A stretch of DNA of 62,519 bases, counting the filler, from Trypethelium eluteriae (taxonomy: Eukaryota), in assembly GCA_051942245.1 (NCBI GenBank). It is 2 parts of 2 records of this genome, joined end to end, with 100 filler letters (N's around TTAATTAATTAA, not from the genome) between each part and the next. Parts side by side here need not be neighbours in the genome. Positions count along the whole stretch, not along the records: positions 1 to 31,265 come from JAVECL010000276.1; positions 31,366 to 62,519 come from JAVECL010000277.1. The stretch is one strand, 5' to 3'. How positions within the stretch are numbered: the first letter of the stretch is position 1; every line of letters begins with the position of its first letter. Of this stretch, positions 24,599 to 34,400 are shown piece by piece. The notes beneath the pieces were generated by a model. That model saw only the letters and a list, made by a program, of their open reading frames with translations, ran no database searches and was not told the DNA's origin. A program made the position numbers and the translations under genes.

Positions 24599-26613
24599 AT
24601 GGACTGGTATTCTATACTTATACGAATACTTCTCTCGGTTTCCTGTTTCGTAGCGTCCCTTGCCTTGTATAGGTCATTGCTCCATCCTTTGGCCAAGGTC
24701 CCTGGTCCACGTACAGCCGGCATAACTCAATTCTGGTTGGCAATTAAAGTTAGCAACGGCAAGGTCCACCGTACTCAGGAGCATCTCCATCGAAAGTACG
24801 GGCCAGTTGTTCGCGTTGCACCAAACGAAGTCAGCTTGAGTTCCGCAGATGCTCTTCGATCGGTTTATGCTGCGGGCAGTGGATTCCTCAAAGGGCCATG
24901 GTATCGCGTAGCGAAAAGCCCGGACACCATCGGCCCAGGCGCAGATTCCCTGGATCTGTTGACTGAAGAGAATATGGACCGATATCGCCTTCAGCGGCGT
25001 GCCATAGGACCACTTTATTCCATTGCCGGCATCGAAAAACATGAACATCACATCGACCGGACCATCTCCCGTTTCGTGACCAAGGTCAAAAGTCTCAACG
25101 ATCAATTCATTGACCTCAGCTACTGGATGTATATATTTGCAGTTGGTACGTTTCCAGTCTCAAAAATTGCACAAGAGGATGCAGTGAGAAATTTCACGAG
25201 TCACACTGAGGCCCGATGATTGTGCGTGCGGCCTTCCAGGTTGAACAATGCCTATGATTGGACTGTCAAGTAGATCTTCTACTACTTTTCTTCGGGTCCT
25301 GTTGAGCTTTTATCAATGGTACTTGTGTAAGGTAGCCAGTTTTATTGGACACCGCCTCGAATTGTGGTGGTTGATCGACAACCTCGAATGGCATGGACAT
25401 CTCCTATCTCATCCTCTGATATTTGCATCCTCTTTACTGACGTATTGACAACTCCTAGATACGCTGTCCAACATCACATTCTCAGAGGACCAAGGCTACA
25501 TTGAAGCCGGCAACTCCGGTAACAACTTTGAGGAATCACACAAGATGTGGCACTTTATGAGTCTTACTGGTATTTTTCCTACTATTGTCATGTTTCTTCA
25601 GAACTACGCTCTGTTCGCTAAAAGATACAATTATCTGCTTACTCCGCTCTTCACCGCTTTTGGGATCAAGTCAAGTAGACCTATGCCAATGTTCGCTGTA
25701 TGTACTGCCTTTCGTTTTTCCTCAGACAAACTGTTTAATTGAAGCCACACTGCTTTGTTACACAGTCAAATTGCTAAATATTGAATAGTGGGCTGTAGGC
25801 AATTTGCAAAGGCGCCTTGACCCAGCTTCTAATAGCGAAGACACCAAAGGAGATGCTCTGACATCTGACTTGAACTCCGATCTAATCCAGCTTCACCAAA
25901 ATAGACCCGAGTTCAAAACTTCTTACGCCCAAAACATGACTCTGTAGACCTCTCGTAGAGCAGCTCCACGACGTAACTGACAAGGAGCTAGGACCAACTT
26001 TGGCGCTGGCACCGACACGATCTCTAGCTCCTTGACCGCTATCCTTCTCTGTTTGGGCTCATCCTCATCCTCGCAGCGCCGTCTCCACGCAGAGCTCGAC
26101 CATGCCTTGGCCTCCGGCTCACTCCATTCTCCTTCTACCTACCAAGAAGCATCCAAACTCGAGTATCTCCAGCTCTGCATAAAAGAAGCTATGCGTCTGT
26201 ACCCTGCTCTCTCCATGTCCATGACTCGAGTCCACCCTACCAAGTCGGTGACCATCGACGGGTACCACCTCCCAGCCGGCACCATCGTGGGCATTAATCC
26301 CTACGTTATCCATCAGGAGAAATCCATTTTCGGGGACGATGCCGATGTCTTTGTACCCGAGCGTTGGATTCCAAGTTCGAAGCGTTCGGTGGAGGAGATC
26401 AAGAATATGGAGCGGAATATGACTACTTGGGGTTGTCCACCGAGAACGTGCCCAGGCCAGAGTCTAGCGATGATAGTGATGAGCAAGTTTCTGACAGAGA
26501 TTCTTGCAAAGTTCGAGGTGGACGTAAGTGTGGATGATCGTACAGTTTCGAGGGCCTATTTTGCGATCCAGATGACGGGTATCAAGATCCGTTTCAACGA
26601 GAGGAGAGGATGA
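24599..26613 (+). CDS. Cytochrome P450 (pisatin-demethylase-like); 4 exons
   Basis: Exons 24599-25145, 25459-25697, 25789-25943 and 25992-26613. N-terminal TM anchor plus HPLAKVPGP, HRKYGPVVRVAPNEV, I-helix FGAGTDT, EAMR (ExxR), PERW, and heme Cys in WGCPPRTCPG. Confidence 0.92.
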
Positions 26614-27171
26614 GAGGGGAGGAAAGGCGTCAGCTCCTACAGCAACTGTGAGCCACATTCTCTTTGCTACTTGAGTAAGGTCTGTTCGAAATTTTGAACA
26701 CAGACATCTATTCGAAATCAATCAAGCGTTCCGTTGTTCCCATTTCTGCGAAATGTCTTACGATTGGTTACAGGAAATGGGAGCCCGATCCCACCAATAT
26801 GGCCATACTCTGCATCAGAGTTTCGCTTAGACATGTACATTTTTAGACATTAGCATCTTCTTTCACCCTATCTCGTCGCGGAAACAATTGCTCGATGTTT
26901 ATCTTGTATCGCCTCAGATTGTTCGTTAAGTCCGCATTACATATAGTACGAATTTTGAGCGCGGAGAGCAAGAAAGAAATGTAATTGTTGCTATGAACAA
27001 GACTTGTCAAGGTTAACTGAAGAACCAAGAATATCCACAAGAAAAGAAGAAAAGTCTTCCAGGTGCCCCAAGTCTCGAGTAATCCACAACGCGCCGATAA
27101 ATGCCGGATACCATATCTAAAAACCAGTGACCCGTGTACACCATTTTTCATAACGTTGCAGTTAACATGAT

Positions 27172-28586
27172 TCATGATAATGCGTGGTGCTGTGCCAACC
27201 TCCTATGCACATCCAAATGCCTTGCTTTCTTCGTCGCAGCCGCCTGGAGTGCACCATTGGGTCCCTCGCTCCAGATGGTCCAGTGCGAGTGGTGATGTCC
27301 GTCATAACCTGACGATTGCGGCAAGGCCGTCGTAGTAGTATCGGCGGCAGAAACGGAGGCAGCAGAGGCGGTGCTAGTGACGAACGTGGTCGAGTAGACA
27401 GTGGAGGTAGGCGAGAAGATGTTAGTCGCGTTGACGGAGGAGGCGGCGGGAATGCTGATTGTCGGTGCAGTTGGGGAGTAAGAGCCCGGGAGTGCAGAGC
27501 TGTTACCAGCGCCCGATGCGCCATTTTGGTAGACTCGCAGTGAGTTGATGGTCCAGAAAGCATCGACGAAGTTATCCGGGGTGCTGTCGACAAAGCTGGC
27601 GCAGTCGCCATGATTGGTGCTGCACGAGTTTAAATTCCAGCCGTAGTCGGGTTGATTGGTAGCACCAGCCCAGTCGCCGCAGAAAGTGAGGTCAAAGATC
27701 ATCTTTTGGTTGGTGAAATGCGAGGCCACATTACATTGATCGTTGAAGGTGAATTTGGCAAGAGGCTTGCCCCACTGGGTGGGGTCAGGATAGTCGCTGG
27801 TGGCTTGTTTGATGGAGGCCTTGTCCGTGCGGGGAAAGAACCAAATAGAGAAGCTATCCTCAAGCCATTCTGTGGCATAGACACCACCACCGATCTGATT
27901 GAACCCGGATCCGAACGAGTGACTGCTGTCGGGAGAGCTTCCTGAGTCGGCGATTTGGCAGCCGTCGTGACCGTCACCTCCGTTGCAGTCTATCTTGGAC
28001 TGGACTAGATCGGCGGTAAAATCTCCGTTGTTGGTCAGGTTGCAACCAGCACCTATGAGCATATCAGCATTCATGCTATGACTACGAACGTCTGAGCTCG
28101 AGTGCACCCACTGGTATGAAGAGTCATGTCATTGCCCACTTGGTTGTTGACTCCCTCGATAATATCGACCTCACCAGCAGCGGGCCACTCGGCAGGGTAA
28201 CCCAGAAGCCAGAAAGCAGGCCAAGAACCGCATTCGCCACCAGGCATATGCGAAAGATCAAGAACGAACAGTCCACTGTTGTAGGAGGCCTGGCTCTGAA
28301 TCCGAACACTCGGCCGACCACCTGAGGTAGTGGTGTTATGATCCGCTCCCATGTAGTAAGAGCCATTCTCGTTCTTGTTGATGAGAGGGTCACGGTTCAT
28401 TGATGAGCTTGCAGCAGTTGCTTGGTCGACATATTGAACAGCTCCGTTGGTTGGGTCAGCAGCGGTTTCAAAATCCCACATGCTCCAAAAATCCCCGCCC
28501 TTCATGTAGTCAGTCTGAAGGGTGTAAGCAGCATTAGCTGCAGCAGTGAAGAGCGCCAGGCCAGAAGCAATCATAGAGAAAGACAT
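27172..28586 (-). CDS. Secreted GH16 endo-1,3(4)-beta-glucanase (Lam16A/Mlg1-like) with Ser/Thr-rich tail
   Basis: Signal peptide; motifs DPTNGAVQYV, GRPSVRI, WPAFW, catalytic GEVDIIEG, GGGVYA.EW and FDLTFCGDWAG. Intron 28053-28111. Confidence 0.93.
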
Positions 28587-30955
28587 TTTGCTTATATCAA
28601 GAAAGGAATGACTGTGCACTGATTGGCACTTGGTAAGGAGTGAAACGAGCTGGCGGAAAGAAGCGAAGAAAATGAAAAACGATGATACTCTGTTCTGGTG
28701 TACCTACATGTGCTGGGATGGACCAGCTCTTATATCTATAGCGAGACTCTGAGTCGAGGGCGGCTGTGAAGTGGGCTGCAAGAGTCAGGGTTCCCCACTG
28801 TAGCAACAGGCAGGCCTGACCAAGGGAACCGCTCTTTGTCACCACTTGATGGCGCTCATCTGGGTGAATGCGAGCCGCGTCTATGGAAAGACGTGGTGTG
28901 CAGGTGGGTCTAGGGCAGAACGAGTAAGGGATTCGAAACAGCTTTCACGGGCCATTGGGCGGATGGACGCTGGCGTTTGTCTGCATGGCTGTCGGAGGCA
29001 AACAAGCTCGATATGGTCTGCAGGCCGAGGGTGGTCGGTCTGGCGGGAGGAGTAGCAGGGGGAGGGAGTTTCACGCTGGGATGTGCTGAGCCGAGAGTAA
29101 GAACAGTTCGAAACGACGAGCCGGGAAGCCAGCGAATCCGACATGAGGGATTTTGACTCTGTGGAGGCTGGGTTGGGCCTGTTCACGCAGGGAGTGAGGT
29201 CAAGAAATCGCGAATGGTACGGTAGGGTGATAGGTTAGTAAGTTGGTAGGGAGGAATCTACCCCGTACGGAGGACTCCGCAGTAGGTCTGGGTAAGCCGG
29301 GAAGCGGCCAATCAGAGACAAGCTCTCAGGAGTAGCTGCCAAAAATTGGGCCAATCGCTCGCTTCGGCCTCCCCGCCGCCACAGCCTTCCCACACAATGG
29401 CACAAAAGCCAGCGTCTCAGTCTGAGCCAAAGCCACTCCCTCCTGCGTCGTGCACACCGGCATACACCAACCAACGTCGAGGTCACGCTCGAGGCCTCGC
29501 AATCTTGCAGAAAGATAGGCAAAGATCGACGCTAGGCGATTCTCTAACGTGCGGCAGCTAGCGCCAGCCCGGCCGGCCAGCCAGCCAGAACCATCCAGGA
29601 GAGGATACTCACCTCTCAGAGTATCTACTTCAGCCTTCCAGAAAGCCGCAAAGCTATCGAATATGTGCCACCGGCACCGTCCAAAAGCAAACACTTAGAT
29701 ATCCGTTCTGCACGGAATCTGTAATTCTCATCACATTGCACACATTGCCCTTAAACTCACCTAACCAGGATTCATCCGAGGATAAGTGAGTCGTACGGAG
29801 TACAACAACATGACTACGCTTAGCGTTACCACATGAGAAATGTTTTCGCGAGAGGATTCCTGAGGAATCCGTCCCGGATGGCGAAAGCGAATTAGCTAGA
29901 CCACCAAGACCACCGAGGCCACCAAGGCTGTCTGACGGAGCCTTACGAAGCGTGACGAGCCGGTAATCCTCGTTCCAACGTCAACATGCCAAATGCACGA
30001 CATGGAAATTGCAGTTGACTGCAGTTGATGTTGGACTTGGTATGAGCACTGGGGCCAGACTAGCTCCCACGTGACCGGGCCCGTCCAGAGCGAGACGATT
30101 TCAAGGTTGCAAAAGAAATCCAACATGCAGCTTGGTCCGCCCTGTTTGACCATATGCAATCCTCCCGCGCCTACTGACAGGTCGAAAATCCGATTTGGCG
30201 ATAGGAGCCCCTGCTTCGTCCCACTAGAGAGTTCATCCGAGTGGCGATCTCCCGGCAACAAACTCGACCACGGCCATAATTTTGCTGCACAGAGAGTGAT
30301 GATACATTGAGACTACGTGAGTATGCAAAACTTTCACAAGTTGACGGCGACTGGGTAGCCTTGACTCTTGCAGATTATTCTAGGGACGTATACAATGTTT
30401 CATAGTTAACATACCGTTCACCTGAATTGCAATGGAGTATTTGAAGCTGTGCAAGCACTCACCCCCAAACAGCTCATTATCAAATCCCATTTTTACTAGC
30501 GTAGTACAACTCAAAGATCTTCGCTAGCTTCCAATCTGCATACCATTAGTAATGGGTATGGATGTCTTCTAATAATGGGAAATTGGAATACCTAGCATCG
30601 TCAATGGTCTTTGTCATTTCGTGCTGCAGGTCAGAGGCTGTGGGAAAGGTTACACACCGTCCTACACATCTCCAACATTTTCGGGGTACCTCCTACCACC
30701 AACAAGCGCTTTCCGCAAATACCTTGACTCAGTGCATGGTGGCTTTCATGATTCGTACCTTCACATTTCCGGAGCGTCCCTGGACGTCTAGAGGAACAAT
30801 CGGATCAGATGGATGTACCCAATAAATGTTGCGGCATTTACAATCACAAAGACGCTCAAACTACAAGCCCCGTACGCGGAAATATGCGTGCACAGAAACA
30901 TAAAAAAAGCAAAGAAACCAACGACGAACTCCTTTCCTCCACCGGCTAGAACTGC

Positions 30956-31265
30956 TTACGTGCATAGTGAACATCGCAGAGGCCGACGAGGCTCTGCGGG
31001 CGCTCCGACACCCGGCATATTCTCATCCGATCCCCCTTCACCTCCCCCATCCCTCAGCTGCTGTCGGGACGGTTCCAAGCAACGCTTATGAAAGAGATGC
31101 CTACATGCAAATACCACCAACGCCCCCACACCACCACCACCATTAGCGCCCTCTTCAGTAATTCTATTATTACCGTTACTGCCATTTCCAGCAGCCACCG
31201 CACTCCCCTCAGGTACAATCTCCCTCCCTTTTCCATTACCCTTCAATCGCCCACCACCTTGCACC
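30956..31265 (-). CDS. 3' end of a probable VPS8 (CORVET subunit) gene with C-terminal RING-like motif, cut by the assembly gap
   Basis: LVVFACRHLFHKRCL...LRCSLCT-stop matches the C-terminal RING-H2 half of fungal Vps8 as I recall it. The frame runs into the N gap. Confidence 0.55.
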
Positions 31266-31365
31266 NNNNNNNNNNNNNNNNNNNNNNNNNNNNNNNNNNN
31301 NNNNNNNNNTTAATTAATTAANNNNNNNNNNNNNNNNNNNNNNNNNNNNNNNNNNNNNNNNNNNN
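31266..31365. other. Artificial scaffold gap: 44 N + TTAATTAATTAA + 44 N
   Basis: Symmetric N runs around a 12-mer that places stop codons in all six frames. This is an assembly linker, not biological sequence. Confidence 0.97.
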
Positions 31366-31495
31366 ATGATAGGTGATGGGATGGTGGGGAGAAGAGATGA
31401 AGATTGTGAGTCCTGATAACAGCTTTAGGTAGCGATCGTAAATTGTTGTACATATATCTAAGCGAGCTAGGAGTTACATAGGCGACATTAGGGTA

Positions 31496-34400
31496 TCAAA
31501 GTATTGGTCCTCCAGAAATGGGTGACCTCACCATTTGAGGCATAAACGCATTGGTGCGATCGAGTGGAGGCGAAATATCTCGCAGCCGATGTGCCAGCAC
31601 GTGCTCCTCCTTATGAGGAGGCGACTCCGTTGTGATTCCCAACCCCTGAATGTGAACGCCAAGTCCTCCTGCCGATGGGGTATCAATTCTTAAACTATGT
31701 TTCTTCCGTCTTGGATCTTCGTCATTGATTGCGCTTCGCGCTTTTGCTAAATGTGCATCACGCAAGTTGCTGTCCGAAACTGCGGTTCCTTCATCGTCAT
31801 CCCAAGATGCAGCATCTTCCGATTCGTCATCTGCTTCCAGAGCGCCTTCCTCTGTGTCGTCCACTTCGCCATCACCAGGTACACTGTCAAGCTCTAGCAT
31901 TTGAGCTTCTCCCTGTTGCGCCATGTCGACAAGCTCCGGCTCGTCTGCACTAGGTAGCGTAATTTTGTCTGCTCCGAGAATGTGCTTCATATCGTCGAAA
32001 AGAATGTCCATGGGACAAATGTAGGCAACACCTTTTTCTTTGCAATAAGCAAGAACATGCCCGCACACTTTCCCGGAAGTTGTCTCGATGACCCACGCAC
32101 CAGAGTCGCCGCCGACTGTCAAGAAATCAGTATATTTTCTGAGTAGTTCGATGATGTTGGTCAAATTACCTCCAAAATCACCAACGACACCCCACGCTGT
32201 ACTGAACGTTTTCCGGCCCCAGATCTTCACGTAACCCATAGCCTCCCCAAATTGACCTAGTTTGAGGCCACTCGTTCTCCCAAACGAGCAAACTTTACGG
32301 CCAGCCGCTTCTGTTGCGCTACAGATCTCCATGGGATAGACGTCTTCCTTGGGATGGTATCCGCTTGAGCGACTGACTGGGTCTACAAGCGTTGGTTTTG
32401 GCAGCTCACACTCTCCATTCGCATCAGCATTCTCGTAGCATCGCCGACCCCCTTGAACGACATTGTACGGCTGTAGTCGTGGTGGATCAAGTTGGAAGAG
32501 CGCCCAGTCAACTTCATGTCGCAGGCCTTGAACATGAGGATCTGAGACACGTCGAACACCGCTGGAGGCGTATACATAGCCCAACTTATGTGAAAGTAAG
32601 TGTTCATCGTCGCGTTCATCGCGGGATGGGAAAAACTCGGAAGGTACATCGTAAAGCGCTGGCTGCGTTATGGGTATGCGGTTCTCGTCATGAGGCGAAA
32701 CACCTAGAGTGTCGCCCGCATTATCTAATTCAGACTCGGAAAGTTCTGAGAGAGAGCCTGGAAGAGACGGAGCTCGAGGTGGAACTTCAAGGGGGTCGAA
32801 TTCAGATATTTCCGAGTGATCGGAAAAATAACCATTCAGATCTTCCTCCTCGGATGAATAATCGGATATCTCGAATGGATGAGCTTCATCGGGGACCTCG
32901 AGCAAAGAAGGCGCGCTGCCGATGTGTGCGAGATGTGAGTCTTCACCATAAGGAGCAGATGAGCGGACCGTAATATCATAAGGACTCTCGAATTCTTGTT
33001 CATCATCTTCGCTTTCCGTATCGCTTTGAGGATCGAGAAGATGATGCACGCTCATGCCATACGGTTTTCCGTCAATAACTACAACTCCACCATAAGAGAC
33101 CGGAGGTAGGTGCTCCCCCCGAAAGGCACCTATAGAAGCCCCACAAAGTGGTCGCTTATGGAAGCACGGATTGGCGGCTTCCGCTTGCAACTCGTCGCCG
33201 TTGTAGTTCACCATGGATCGATGCACAGGAGGTGCTCTCCTCTTCGCATGAGACCTTCGGATTTTGCCCTTGCGAACCTTGAGGTCAAAGACGTCCCTAT
33301 CATAGTTGAACTTACGATTGATGGCAGCCTTGACTTTGCTAACGCTACTGCAAGTAATGAAAATGGTGGGTCTTGCCGTATATTGACTGTCGCCAATTCC
33401 AAGCAGATCCACACTGCTAGTCTCTGGGGAATCTTTGAGCGCACGTTCCACGATTCGTATCAACTGCGGCCCCATTCTTTGATGCCATTGCTCCAGAAGA
33501 GCAGGGGATAGTTTTACCGGAAAGACCCGAAGTTTTTTCTTCTCTCGGTGGTCCTCTCGAGGTGATATTTGAGTGACGACCAGTTCTTTCACAGCTGACT
33601 GCATTGGTATCTCTTCGACCTCGGGCTCTTCCGTTGTCATTTGACCGAGTATGTTAGGTGGGGGTCCTGCGAATGGTGGTCCACCATCTTCTAATGAATT
33701 CTCATTCAGATCCCGTGATTGGGCAGGCTCTATATTTGTCTCTGATCGTCGCGCTTGTCGTTCTCTCCAGTGCTTTTGGATCAGCGACCCTTTGCGATGG
33801 ACCCCGGTCGGGGACCTCTGAGGAGTAGAAACGGTCGGCTGTACGGAAGCCATTCGATTGCGCCATGCATTTTGTATAGTCTTTGCTGCTCCATGGACGA
33901 TTTCGCTAGGTTTGAAATGAAGGTGTGCTTCGAGTTCATGCAGCGCGGAATTTGACGAGGCCCTCCGGTGATCCTCAGCACTACGGACAGCAGCGTCATA
34001 TGAACGCCGCAGGTCTTCTATGGCTATCTCCTTCTGGGCAAGCTCTTTCTGAAGCTCCTCAACACGTTCAGAGATCATGTCTGTTGGCTCTTGCGTTAGA
34101 GGAGGAGACGCAATTCCTGCGTATGCCAAAGGCAGGGTAGAGGCAGCGCTTGGTATAGAAGACAAGGTATGAGGCCTATGCAAGGATTCAATTGGATGTC
34201 GTAGCATATGGAAAGGATTCCAATCGTGCTTCTCCGAGACATAGCCTCCGGAATGGCGTGAAAATAAAGGAGGACGAGCAGGCGGGTTTTCGAAGCTACT
34301 TCGATGAGGAGCAGTGGTCCCATCATGCGTGGCTGCATGGTGTAACGGGTTCGCAGGCGGGTCTTCCTCGAATTGAGATTCGGAATCATCCAGTACGCAA

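Noticed and set aside
31310..31321. Palindrome TTAATTAATTAA
   Set aside because: Assembly linker inside the N gap, not biological.
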